From Eledone cirrhosa (taxonomy: Eukaryota), in the NCBI GenBank assembly GCA_964016885.1, contig OZ024740.1, positions 271,870,001 through 271,934,000 of the forward strand: a stretch of 64,000 bases of DNA, read 5' to 3'. Of this stretch, positions 25,521-37,112 are shown one piece after another. The notes below the pieces were generated by a model. The model saw only the letters and a list, made by a program, of their open reading frames with translations. It did not search any database and was not told the origin of the DNA. Within the stretch, counting starts at the first letter, position 1. Every line of letters begins with the position of its first letter. Both the position numbers and the translations under genes were made by a program.

Positions 25521-28500
25521 CATCATCATCATCATCATCATCACCGTTTTACGTCCGTTCTTCCACGCTAGCATGGGTTAGACGGGTTGTCCTGTTGTGG
25601 GCAGTGTCTGGTCGGCTGACCATGCCTTGCTCATACAGGAACTGATCTGGCTTGATTTCTACAGCTGGATGCCCTTCCTAACACCAACCTCATTTACAGT
25701 GAGTGCTGGGTGCTTTTTCGTGGCGCCTACACGTCCACTTTACAGTGTGGGCTGGGTGCTTTTTTGCCGTGGCACCTCCACGACCACCTTGCGGTGGGGG
25801 GGGGGGGGCATATTGTTTATATGCTTCAGCATGTACCCATGGGAGGTCGGGTACCCTGTATTACTGCGTGACGCCAGAAGTCACGGTCGTGTGTCATTGA
25901 CTTTGAGAGGTGTAGTTGGGTAAGGTCGGCTTTTATCACCTCATCCCAAGTCATCTTGGGTCTCCCCACTCCGCGGTTTCCATCAACTTCTAGTGCTCTG
26001 CACCTTTTTATGCAGCTGTCATCCTTCATACGCATCACATGTCCATACCAGCGTAACCGCCTCTCCTGCACGCAGCATTTGATTCCTCTTATGCTCAGTC
26101 TCTCTCTCAATTCATTTATGCTTTGTCGTTCACGTATATTACTGTTACACATCCATCGGAGCATGCAGGCTTCGTTTCTCTCTAATCTACGTAAGTCTTC
26201 CACCTTCAGCGCCCAGGTCTCACTACCATGCAACATCGCTGTTCGGATACACGCATCATACAGTCTGCCTTTCATTCTGAGGGAGAAGCCTTTTGCAGCT
26301 AGCAGTGGTAGTAGTTCCCTAAACTTCTTCCATCCCGTTCTTACCCTAGTTATTGTACTTTCTGAGCACCCACCTCCGTTGCTAATTCGGTCACCTAGGT
26401 AGCAGAAGCTGTCTACTGTTTCTACAGGGCCCTCCCAGAGATTGGTGGTACTTGTTTCCTGTGGCTGTTTGCTTGCTGTTTCAGCACAGCTGCTGCATGT
26501 GAATCCTACATTCTTAATTAAGCTTCCTGAGATCCCGCTACATCTCTTGTGTACCCATTGTTTGCATTTGGGGCAGAGAATGGAGTTCCTACCTACACCT
26601 TTCCTACATACTGAGCAAGGCCATTTCCCTGAGGGGATCTGGGTTCTGTTTTCTCGTCTACTTATAAGGACCTTAGTCTTTGTCATGTTGACTTTGAGGC
26701 CCTTTCTCTCTAGTCCCTGCTTCCAGGTTTGGAATTTATTCTCTAGTTCTACCATAGATTCAGCTATGAGTGCGAGGTCATCAGCATACAGGAGTTCCCA
26801 TGGGCATCCGGTCTTAAACTCCTCCGTTATTGCCTGCAGGACTATGATGAACAGGAGAGGGCTAAGAACAGAGCCCTGGTGGACCCCAACCTGTACGCTA
26901 AATTCCTCGCTATACTCATTGCCAATCCTAACTTTGCTGACTGCTCCCCTATACATGGCTTGTACCGCTTTCACAAGCCATTCATCTACTCCTAGTTTTC
27001 TAAGAGCCCACCAGATTACTGCACGTGGAACTCTGTCAAAGGCTTTCTCAAGGTCGACAAATGCCAAGTAGAGTGGCTTACTTTTAGCTAGGTACTTTTC
27101 CTGTAATTGCCTCACAAGGAAGAGCGCATCAGTGGTGCCTTTCCCTGGAACAAACCCAAATTGCATCTCGTCTATATTCACCCGGTCCCTAATCAGCTGT
27201 GCTATAACTCTTTCTGTTACTTTCATGACCTGGTCCATCAACTTTATACCTCTATAGTTTCCTCTATCTAGTGCATCGCCTTTACCTTTGTAGCAGTTGA
27301 CAATGATGCTACTGCACCAATCTTTTGGTATGGCCCCCTCTAGTATTACCTGGTTAACGATACGTGTGGTTATAGTGTGACCTACAGACCCAGATGCCTT
27401 CAGCATCTCGGCAGCTATACCCGATGGACCGGTTGCCTTCCCTATCTTCATATCTCTGATTGCCTTACTTACTACGCTGCCGCTGACTTGTACTGCTGGT
27501 CCCTCTATAGGGTCTACGTGGGGTAGGGTCTCTTCTTCCCATGCATTCTCCTCATTTAGTAATCTATCATAATGACTCTTCCATGCATCTTTCTTCTCAG
27601 CACTTGTGAGGGCAAGCTCACCTTTATCATTCCGGATACACTTCTCTCCAATGACATCACAACTATCTCTGACACACTGCCTCGCAATCTTGAATACCTC
27701 CTGTTTCTGGTCCTCACGTTGTAAAACATGCTTGAATTTTCTATCCTCTGCTTCCCTCCTAGCTAAGTATACTTGTCGCCTAGCTTCCCTCTTGGTCTCT
27801 ATGTAATGTACCCTGCTCCCCCCGTTCTTCCATTCTTTCCATGCCTGTCTCTTGGCCTTGACTGCTTCATCTACCTTATTGTTCCACCACCAAGTCACTC
27901 TCCTCCTGCTTGAGGTCTTACTCCAGCCACAAACCTCATCCGTCGCCTCTAGTAAGTTATTTTTTAGGAACTCCCAGTTCTCTTCTACGTTAAATGTCTC
28001 TATCTGTTCTTCTTTACTGTCGTAGGCGTTGAGTAAAATATCTTTAAATCTGTTACTGGTTGAGGGGACTTTCAGCTTCCAGATCTTTCTTCTCCAGGTT
28101 GGCCTCTGTTTCAGGGCTCGTCTAGTTCTGACCGTGAGGTCGCTGACAACTAAGCTATGTTGGGATGTACATTCCTCACTAGGGAAGGCTTTTGTGTTTA
28201 CGACCGTCCATCTGTCACGTCCTCTGATGAGGATAAAATCTAACTGACTAGAGTGCTCCCCTGATCTATAGGTGATCAGGTGGTTGTCGGGTTTTTTAAA
28301 GTTTGTGTTACATATCGACATGTCATTGGCGTCGCAGAATTCTAGAAGTCTGAATCCTTCCTCATTCCTTGTGCCAACTCCATGGCCTCCATGTACTCTA
28401 TTGAAGCCGTCGCAGTGTTTACCTACGTGTCCGTTAAAATCTCCTGCAATGATTAGGAAGTCCTTGTCGTCTGTTAGAGCAGTAGTGTGTATTAGGGACT

Positions 28501-31500
28501 CGTAAAACCTATCCTTAAGTTCGTCTGGCAGCCCCGATTGGGGTGCGTAAGCTGATATTATTGTGGTAATTGTCTTATTCAGGACTAGTCTGAGTTTAAT
28601 GATTCTTGCATTTACCCTGTACACTGAGATTACTTTATCTACCCACTTGTCAGCTAATAGTATACCTACACCACCCATCCCATCGTCATTTCCCACCCAG
28701 AAAAATTTGTAGCACTGGCTTTTTCCTACAAGGACTCTAGCAGACCCTCCTCTCCATCTAGTCTCTTGCACACAGCATACATCAACTTCCTTTCGCTCTA
28801 GCATTTCTACGATTTCTCCTGCTCTTCCTTTCATTGAGCCTACATTGATGGTACCAACTCGGAGTTTTGGGCATTTGTCGACACTCGTAGGGGAGGGTCT
28901 CTGGGTTGGCGCTTCACGTGGGTGCTTGGTAGCTCGCAGATTCATATTTCATCTATTGATTCAGAGTTGCTCGTGTATTCCCAGCTCATCCATCCATAAC
29001 GGTGGGAAAATTGAGGGCTAGAAGGACAGTGGTGGTGGGGTAATGGCAGGGTGTGTTGGGATGCGCCAGAGGAGGAGAGAGTTAGTTAGGCAGGTAGTAG
29101 CAGCAGCAGCAGTGGAAATGGCATGCTAGGTTTGATTGGTCGAATAGACTATGGTGGTGAGTGGGGGTGGGGGGGAGGGAAATTGTGAGGTAGGAACTGA
29201 GGGTCGCATGGTAAATATCCAAGTTAATACTACATCAGTAAAATTAACAATAATAACGTCATGAAAAAAGCTACTAAGAGAAACCCTCGAAAATTTATCG
29301 CTAATACAGCAGGGAAAATTTAACGCTAATACAGCAGGGAACATCATAATATTAACGACATGAAAAAGCTACTAAGAGAAACCCTCGAAAATTTATCGCT
29401 AATACAGCAGGGAAAATTTAACGCTAATACAGCAGGGAACATCATAATATTAACGACATGAAAAAGCTACTAAGAGAAACCCTCGAAAATTTATCGCTAA
29501 TACAGCAGGGAAAATTTAACGCTAATACAGCAGGGAACATCATAATATTAACGACATGAAAAAGCTACTAAGAGAAACCCTCGAAAATTTATCGCTAATA
29601 CAGCAGGGAAAATTTAACGCTAATACAGCAGGGAACATCATAATATTAACGACATGAAAAAGCTACTAAGAGAAACCCTCGAAAATTTATCGCTAATACA
29701 GCAGGGAAAATTTAACGCTAATACAGCAGGGAACATCATAATATTAACGACATGAAAAAGCTACTAAGAGAAACCCTCGAAAATTTATCGCTAATACAGC
29801 AGGGAAAATTTAACGCTAATACAGCAGGGAACATCATAATATTAACGACATGAAAAAGCTACTAAGAGAAACCCTCGAAAATTTATCGCTAATACAGCAG
29901 GGAAAATTTAACGCTAATACAGCAGGGAACATCATAATATTAACGACATGAAAAAGCTACTAAGAGAAACCCTCGAAAATTTATCGCTAATACAGCAGGG
30001 AAAATTTAACGCTAATACAGCAGGGAACATCATAATATTAACGACAATATGTAGGCTAAAATACCTTCGTAGATTAGGTGGATGGCTGGCTGGGAAAATT
30101 TGAATCAACTCTAGTGGTACATTTTAGCAGAGAAGAATGGCAAAGTGTCTTATCTCTTCAATATTTTCAGATTGAATGAATTAGGTTAAAGACAGGGTAG
30201 TAAGCCTTAAAGAAGTGCATAGAGAGGGGGGGGGGGTAGGAACTGAGGGTCGCATGGTAAATAACTGAGAGAGATACAATAGGATTAGAATACCGCATGG
30301 TAAATATCCAAGTTAATAAGTTAATACTACATCAGTAAAATTAACAATAATAACGTCATGAAAAAAGCTACTAAGAGAAACCCTCGAAAATTTATCGCTA
30401 ATACAGCAGGGAAAATTTAACGCTAATACAGCAGGGAACATCATAATATTAACGACATGAAAAAGCTACTAAGAGAAACCCTCGAAAATTTATCGCTAAT
30501 ACAGCAGGGAAAATTTAACGCTAATACAGCAGGGAACATCATAATATTAACGACATGAAAAAGCTACTAAGAGAAACCCTCGAAAATTTATCGCTAATAC
30601 AGCAGGGAAAATTTAACGCTAATACAGCAGGGAACATCATAATATTAACGACAATATGTAGGCTAAAATACCTTCGTAGATTAGGTGGATGGCTGGCTGG
30701 GAAAATTTGAATCAACTCTAGTGGTACATTTTAGCAGAGAAGAATGGCAAAGTGTCTTATCTCTTCAATATTTTCAGATTGAATGAATTAGGTTAAAGAC
30801 AGGGTAGTAAGCCTTAAAGAAGTGCATAGAGAGGGGGGGGGGTAGGAACTGAGGGTCGCATGGTAAATAACTGAGAGAGATACAATAGGATTAGAATACC
30901 GCATGGTAAATATCCAAGTTAATAAGTTAATACTACATCAGTAAAATTAACAATAATAACGTCATGAAAAAAGCTACTAAGAGAAACCCTCGAAAATTTA
31001 TCGCTAATACAGCAGGGAAAATTTAACGCTAATACAGCAGGGAACATCATAATATTAACGACATGAAAAAGCTACTAAGAGAAACCCTCGAAAATTTATC
31101 GCTAATACAGCAGGGAAAATTTAACGCTAATACAGCAGGGAACATCATAATATTAACGACATGAAAAAGCTACTAAGAGAAACCCTCGAAAATTTATCGC
31201 TAATACAGCAGGGAAAATTTAACGCTAATACAGCAGGGAACATCATAATATTAACGACAATATGTAGGCTAAAATACCTTCGTAGATTAGGTGGATGGCT
31301 GGCTGGGAAAATTTGAATCAACTCTAGTGGTACATTTTAGCAGAGAAGAATGGCAAAGTGTCTTATCTCTTCAATATTTTCAAATTGAATGAATTAGGTT
31401 AAAGACAGGGTAGTAAGCCTTAAAGAAGTGCATAGAGAGGGGGGGGGGGGGTAGGAACTGAGGGTCGCATGGTAAATAACTGAGAGAGATACAATAGGAT

Positions 31501-31704
31501 TAGAATACCGCATGGTAAATATCCAAGTTAATAAGTTAATACTACATCAGTAAAATTAACAATAATAACGTCATGAAAAAAGCTACTAAGAGAAACCCTC
31601 GAAAATTTATCGCTAATACAGCAGGGAAAATTTAACGCTAATACAGCAGGGAACATCATAATATTAACGACATGAAAAAGCTACTAAGAGAAACCCTCGA
31701 AAAT
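25520..31704 (-). mobile_element. Apparently full-length RTE-clade LINE (family 1): tandem-repeat 5' region, single ORF, about 300-nt 3' UTR, (ATG)n tail
   Basis: Intact ORF; (CAT)n at 25520; the block interrupts one SINE whose head ends at about 25520 and whose B-box resumes at about 31705. Confidence 0.85.
25826..28945 (-). CDS. RTE LINE ORF: AP endonuclease + reverse transcriptase with inserted PHD finger, 1039 aa, uninterrupted
   Basis: APE motifs GTINV, QETRW, YAPQ, GDFNGH, LDFIL, SQH; RT motifs FVDLEKAFD, QGSVLSPLLF, YADD, YLG; RTE-type C-terminus RRLRWYGHV..GRP..TW. Confidence 0.97.
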   Translation of the reverse strand: MNLRATKHPREAPTQRPSPTSVDKCPKLRVGTINVGSMKGRAGEIVEMLERKEVDVCCVQETRWRGGSARVLVGKSQCYKFFWVGNDDGMGGVGILLADKWVDKVISVYRVNARIIKLRLVLNKTITTIISAYAPQSGLPDELKDRFYESLIHTTALTDDKDFLIIAGDFNGHVGKHCDGFNRVHGGHGVGTRNEEGFRLLEFCDANDMSICNTNFKKPDNHLITYRSGEHSSQLDFILIRGRDRWTVVNTKAFPSEECTSQHSLVVSDLTVRTRRALKQRPTWRRKIWKLKVPSTSNRFKDILLNAYDSKEEQIETFNVEENWEFLKNNLLEATDEVCGWSKTSSRRRVTWWWNNKVDEAVKAKRQAWKEWKNGGSRVHYIETKREARRQVYLARREAEDRKFKHVLQREDQKQEVFKIARQCVRDSCDVIGEKCIRNDKGELALTSAEKKDAWKSHYDRLLNEENAWEEETLPHVDPIEGPAVQVSGSVVSKAIRDMKIGKATGPSGIAAEMLKASGSVGHTITTRIVNQVILEGAIPKDWCSSIIVNCYKGKGDALDRGNYRGIKLMDQVMKVTERVIAQLIRDRVNIDEMQFGFVPGKGTTDALFLVRQLQEKYLAKSKPLYLAFVDLEKAFDRVPRAVIWWALRKLGVDEWLVKAVQAMYRGAVSKVRIGNEYSEEFSVQVGVHQGSVLSPLLFIIVLQAITEEFKTGCPWELLYADDLALIAESMVELENKFQTWKQGLERKGLKVNMTKTKVLISRRENRTQIPSGKWPCSVCRKGVGRNSILCPKCKQWVHKRCSGISGSLIKNVGFTCSSCAETASKQPQETSTTNLWEGPVETVDSFCYLGDRISNGGGCSESTITRVRTGWKKFRELLPLLAAKGFSLRMKGRLYDACIRTAMLHGSETWALKVEDLRRLERNEACMLRWMCNSNIRERQSINELRERLSIRGIKCCVQERRLRWYGHVMRMKDDSCIKRCRALEVDGNRGVGRPKMTWDEVIKADLTQLHLSKSMTHDRDFWRHAVIQGTRPPMGTC

Positions 31705-31706
31705 TT
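29261..31706. repeat. Hierarchical tandem array: 98-bp monomer (8+3+3+1.4 copies) separated by a thrice-repeated ~312-bp spacer (higher-order period ~606 bp)
   Basis: Monomer starts 29261, 29360, 29458...29948; spacers start 30046, 30653, 31259; copies nearly identical. Confidence 0.97.
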
Positions 31707-32006
31707 GAGTTCAAATCCCGCCGAGGTTAACTTTGCCTTTCATCCTTACGGAGTTGATAAAATAAAGTACCAGTAATGCACTGGGATAATTGCTGGCCTT
31801 GTGCCAAAAGTAGAAACAATTATTATCATCATCTATTATTGTTATTACTGTTTTTACTTCAGTGATGTCCCCTTTCCTTTACTTGATGCAAACCCCACTG
31901 TGTGTTGTATTGTCTTCGTCCTTGTATTGTCCCCACTGCCCTGGGCTCTTGTGGCCAATAAAATAAATTATTATTATTATTGTTGTTATTATTATATTTT
32001 ATTCAG

Positions 32007-32256
32007 GTGAAAAGCCATACCAGTGTAAACAGTGTCATCGGTCATTTGTGTCTAGTGGTGTTCTCAAGTCACACATGCGTACTCACACAGGCATTAAGGC
32101 CTACAAGTGTTCAGTTTGTGATAGTAACTTTACCACCAGTGGCAGTCTGAAAAGGCATATGTCAACACATACTGAGATTAGACCATTCATGTGTCCATAT
32201 TGTCAGAAAACCTTTAAAACATCTGTTAATTGTAAGAAGCACATGAAAACACACAG
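32007..32256 (+). CDS. ZNF236: ZNF236-like exon w9 (3 fingers)
   Basis: attcag|GT GAA AAG CCA; AG|GTAAA donor; phase 1 to 2. Confidence 0.93.
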
Positions 32257-32295
32257 GTAAAAAGAAATCTTGAAGTATTTTTTTTCCAACTTTAA

Positions 32296-32503
32296 CCCTT
32301 TAGCATTTAAACCGGCCATATCTGGCCAGAATTCTCTCACCTCTTTCTGTTCAAACTGGCTGCTCATACTTATGTTATAATATTCTTAATATAAATAATA
32401 TCAAAATCTCATAGATTCGATATTATGTTAAATAATAATGTGAGGTAAAGCCTTTACTGTGAAAATACAATAGTAAATATAGAGTAATGTAAATGCTAAA
32501 GGG
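32296..32503 (+). mobile_element. piggyBac-type MITE copy 1
   Basis: TTAA TSD, TIR CCCTTTAGCATTTA / TAAATGCTAAAGGG. Confidence 0.88.
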
Positions 32504-32796
32504 TTAAACATTTTCTTTTTATTTTATTTTACTTTATTTTGTTTTCTAGAATTCTTTAAAGATAGCATTGTATAAATGCTATTTTTGTAAACCTTGATAA
32601 CTCATTATAGTATTAGCATGTTACTGTTTGCTCTAGTGTCTGTTCTGATCAAACAGGCCTATGTTCAAAGGTGTTCCAGCCATGACCTTCCTGTCTTTTC
32701 TGTTTTAAAACATTAGATGATATGACTCTAGATACGTTATGTCTAATGGAAAGACAGGTTGTTAATTACTGAAATGTCTATGGTTTTCTGTATACT

Positions 32797-33125
32797 CAAT
32801 CAGCAAAGTCGTTAGAACATCAGATAGAATGCTTTGTGGTATTTGTTTTAGCTTACCACTCTCTGACTTCAAATCCTGCTGAGGTCGACTTTGCCTTTCA
32901 TCCATTCGAGGTTGATAAAAAAAGTACCAATCTAATACTGGGGTTGATTCTTCCTCTACATCTCTTTCTCTCTTCTATTCTCTCACTCTCTATCCTTCTC
33001 TGGAAGAAATCTGCTGTATTCAGACCTGGAGAGGAGATGGGTGCTGCCAGGTTTTAAAATGCCCTAGAAACGCTGTTGTATGGTGCCCCTATGACTCCCA
33101 CAGGAGTTAGGGACCATGCATGCCA
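32797..33125 (+). mobile_element. SINE with GACTTTGCCTTTCATCC..GATAAAA..GTACCA central domain (Meta-SINE-like); related copies ~18140-18395, ~21935-22185, ~25255-25430, ~62835-63040
   Basis: Repeated central domain after B box GAGTTCAAATCC; superfamily name from memory. Confidence 0.65.
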
Positions 33126-33758
33126 TGCATACTCAATTAAGCTGACAAATGGCTTTGTGAATGAGAATATTGTTATCAGTTAGTTCAAATAGGAGAGAGA
33201 AGGCAATGAAGTATAACAAACAAAAAAAAAAAAGCTTCATTTGTAGAGAATCAATTTAGAGCAAGTTTAAAATGTTAAAATGTTTCTAGATGCAAAAATA
33301 CTGTCTTTGGGGTTTATTTTTGATTGTAGATTTATTTATTTACTTAAAAAGAGAATGAAATGAGCTAAGGGAAATAACTTTTTCTTAGCACATTTTATTT
33401 GTTTAATTATGCAAATTATACTGTCTAAACATTATTTGTAACTCTTTTTATATATAAAAATCTTTGTCAACTAATCAGAAAGCCTTGGGTAGACTGTACT
33501 ATGCTGGTGAAGTCTAATAGACTGAAACATATCTGTAGTTGTCCTTTGCCTTCAAATAAAAGTTAGATTTTCCCTAAGCATGTAAATTCACTTCAAAGAG
33601 ATTAATTCTTAATTTCTTGAAATTATAAGTCCCTTTCCTTTGAGAGTTGCTAATAACTACTGCTAGGTTTTTAGAATTTATTGTGTTTAGTATTCAATAC
33701 ATCATCTCTTAACTGATTTATATATATATATATATATATATATTTTTGTTCCTGTCAG

Positions 33759-34053
33759 ACATGAACTGGCTATGCAAGCTCTGCAACAAGATCAAACTCT
33801 TCAAACTCATCAAGTAGAAACCATTGTGGTTGAAAAGGCTGAACCAGAGGACAAGACTGATAGTACATTAGTCACTAGTCAACCAGATGATAATTCTATA
33901 GCTGTTACACAACCAGTGACATTGTCTACTGCTGCTACACTTCAGAATGGAACTGTCAACACCAGCCTTAGTGATATTAACCAAAACGATTTGGCTGCAA
34001 CTAATGCAGCTGTTTTATCTCAGACAACTATTCCAGAAGCCTTATTAGAACAG
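33759..34053 (+). CDS. ZNF236: ZNF236-like exon w10 (Q/T-rich linker)
   Basis: ctgtcag|A CAT GAA CTG; CAG|GTAAA; phase 2 to 0. Confidence 0.88.
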
Positions 34054-34742
34054 GTAAAAAAAATCAAAAATTGCTAAGTATCATTTTTTTCTTTTTTTTT
34101 TATGCTAAAAAAGAGATCACAGTTCCAGTACTACGGGCATGAAGTTAGAATGTCCCAGGAAAGAAATCACTGGACAGATGTTATGGGTAAAATCAACTGG
34201 CAGGAGACCCAGGGGTAGACTCCAAGCAAGATGGCTGGATAACATCCACATTGTTTCTGACAGGACTCCGTTAGAAGGAGTGTTTGAGGACTCTGCCTCT
34301 TCTCAGGAATAAGTGGGAGGAGGAAGAAGAAGGTGGTAGTAGTAGTGATGAAGAAGATGAAGGTGAAGATGAAGAAAAAAAGAAGCAGCAGCAGCTGAAT
34401 ATCATTGTTCATCATCATCATCATCTTATTTATCAGTTAATTTTTGTTTTGCTTCTGTCTTTTTTGGTTTTTATTTTGGTATCCAGGGATTATACATATC
34501 AGCTCAACCACAACTGAGAGCATAATAATGCAATTCATAATCTGTGAACGTTTTATTTTAACCTCATTTATGCCAGTAAATGACCAAGGATAGGATAGAT
34601 TGTACCATTTCTCATGAGAATATTATATTATTTATTTATGATAGTTAAGCATAAATTTTTCCACTAATCATTCTTATAAATGATTTTATATAAGTTTAGC
34701 TGTGAATGAATTGATTGATGAATATAGAAATAAAAACTTGAA

Positions 34743-37003
34743 ATATAGAAGACACGAAATGTAGAAGACACAATATGTAGAAAACACAATATGTAGAAAA
34801 CATGAAATGTAGAAAACATGATATGTAGAAAACACGCAATGTAGAAAACATAAAATGTAGAAAACACGCAATGTAGAAAACACAATATGTAGAAAACATG
34901 ATATATAGAAAACACAAAATGTAGAAACACAATATGTAGAAAACATGAAATGTAGAAAACATGATATGTAGAAAACACGCAATGTAGAAAACATAAAATG
35001 TAGAAAACATGATATGTAGAAAACACGCAATGTAGAAAACACAATATGTAGAAAACATAAAATGTAGAAAACACAATATGTAGAAAACACAATATGTAGA
35101 AAACACAATATATAGAAAACACGAAATGTAGAAAACACAAAATGTAGAAACACAAAATGTAGAAACACAATATGTAGAAAACACAATATGTAGAAACACA
35201 ATATGTAGAAAACATGAAATCTAGAAAACATGATATGTAGAAAACATGATATATAGAAAACACAAAATGTAGAAAACACAATATGTAGAAAACATGAAAT
35301 GTAGAAAACATGATATATAGAAAACACAATATGTAGAAACACAATATGTAGAAAACATGAAATGTAGAAAACATGATATAGAGAAAACACAATATGTAGA
35401 AACACAATATGTAGAAAACATGAAATCTAGAAAACATGATATATAGAAAACACAATATGTAGAAACACAATATGTAGAAAACATGAAATCTAGAAAACAT
35501 GATATGTAGAAAACATGATATATAGAAAACACAAAATGTAGAAAACACAATATGTAGAAAACATGAAATGTAGAAAACATGATATATAGAAAACACAAAA
35601 TGTAGAAACACAATATGTAGAAAACATGAAATGTAGAAAACATGATATGTAGAAAACATGATATATAGAAAACACAAAATGTAGAAAACATGATATATAG
35701 AAAACACAAAATGTAGAAACACAATATGTAGAAAACATGATATATAGAAAACACAAAATGTAGAAAACATGATATATAGAAAACACAATATGTAGAAAAC
35801 ACAATATGTAGAAAACACAATATGTAGAAAACACAAAATGTAGAAACACAATATGTAGAAAACATGAAATCTAGAAAACATGATATGTAGAAAACATGAT
35901 ATATAGAAAACACAAAATGTAGAAAACACAATATGTAGAAAACACAATATGTAGAAAACACAATATGTAGAAAACACAAAATGTAGAAACACAATATGTA
36001 GAAAACATGAAATCTAGAAAACATGATATGTAGAAAACATGATATATAGAAAACACAAAATGTAGAAAACACAATATGTAGAAAACACAATATGTAGAAA
36101 ACACAATATGTAGAAAACACAAAATGTAGAAACACAATATGTAGAAAACATGAAATCTAGAAAACATGATATGTAGAAAACATGATATATAGAAAACACA
36201 AAATGTAGAAAACACAATATGTAGAAAACATGAAATGTAGAAAACATGATATATAGAAAACACAAAATGTAGAAACACAATATGTAGAAAACATGAAATG
36301 TAGAAAACATGATATATAGAAAACACAAAATGTAGAAAACACAATATGTAGAAAACACAATATGTAGAAAACATGATATATAGAAAACACAAAATGTAGA
36401 AAACACAATATGTAGAAAACATGAAATGTAGAAAACATGATATGTAGAAAACACGCAATGTAGAAAACATGCAATGTAGAAAACATGCAATGTAGAAAAC
36501 ATGAAATGTAGAAAACACAAAATGTAGAAAATATGCAATGTAGAAAACACGATATGTAGAAAACACGAAATGTAGAAAACACGCAATGTAGAAAACATGA
36601 AATGTAGAAAACACGCAGTGTAGAAAACATGAAATGTAGAAAACATGAAATGTAGAAAACATGATATGTAGAAAACATATGTAGAAAACACGAAATGTAG
36701 AAAACACGAAATGTAGAAAACACGAAATGTAGAAAACACGATATGTAGAAAACACTAAATGTAGAAAACACGAAATGTAGAAAACACGAAATGTAGAAAA
36801 CACGAAATGTAGAAAACACGAAATGTAGAAAACACGAAATGTAGAAAACACGAAATGTAGAAAACACGAAATGTAGAAAACACGATATGTAGAAAACACT
36901 AAATGTAGAAAACACGAAATGTAGAAAACACGAAATGTAGAAAATATACAATGTAGAAAACATGAAATGTAGAAAACACAAAATGTAGAAAACATGAAAT
37001 GTA
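34743..37003. repeat. Minisatellite, ~140 units of 16 (15) bp: ATGTAGAAAACA + variable 4-mer
   Basis: Direct reading; local 143-bp higher-order period around 35800-36150. Confidence 0.97.
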
Positions 37004-37037
37004 TTTCTTTAATTAAGTTTGACAAAATGTTTTGTAG

Positions 37038-37112
37038 GTATTCAGTGCTCAACCAAATCTGTTAGGAAACCAACAAAATTTATCTTTCAGTCAAGGATCA
37101 ATTACATTACCA
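37038..37112 (+). CDS. ZNF236: ZNF236-like exon w11 (75-nt linker exon VFSAQPNLLGNQQNLSFSQGSITLP)
   Basis: tttgtag acceptor, perfect GTAAGT donor, open frame, phase 0-0; not required for frame. Confidence 0.68.

Noticed and set aside
25956-28505. Plus-strand ORFs overlapping the RTE
   Set aside because: Antisense shadows of the RT/APE coding sequence.
29126-29347. Candidate LINE ORF1
   Set aside because: Only 73 aa, starts within a repeat monomer, and has no recognisable domain.
29261-31706. CRISPR-like repeat/spacer appearance
   Set aside because: The spacers are identical to each other, the units are 98 bp, there are no cas genes, and the context is a eukaryotic intron.
34284-34517. Acidic ORF (EEEEEGGSSSDEEDE)
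   Set aside because: Degenerate (GAA)n tail of an RTE fragment.
34487-34525. Possible extra exon after a polypyrimidine tract and CAG
   Set aside because: In-frame stop after 12 codons and no good donor; not needed for phase.
34743-37003. CRISPR-like or coded array
   Set aside because: The variable part is only 4 nt drawn from a few related variants, consistent with minisatellite mutation and turnover.
34664-37052. Long minus-strand ORFs (up to 442 aa, F/Y/C/H-rich)
   Set aside because: Translations of the 16-bp satellite, open in all three frames because the unit lacks stops on that strand.
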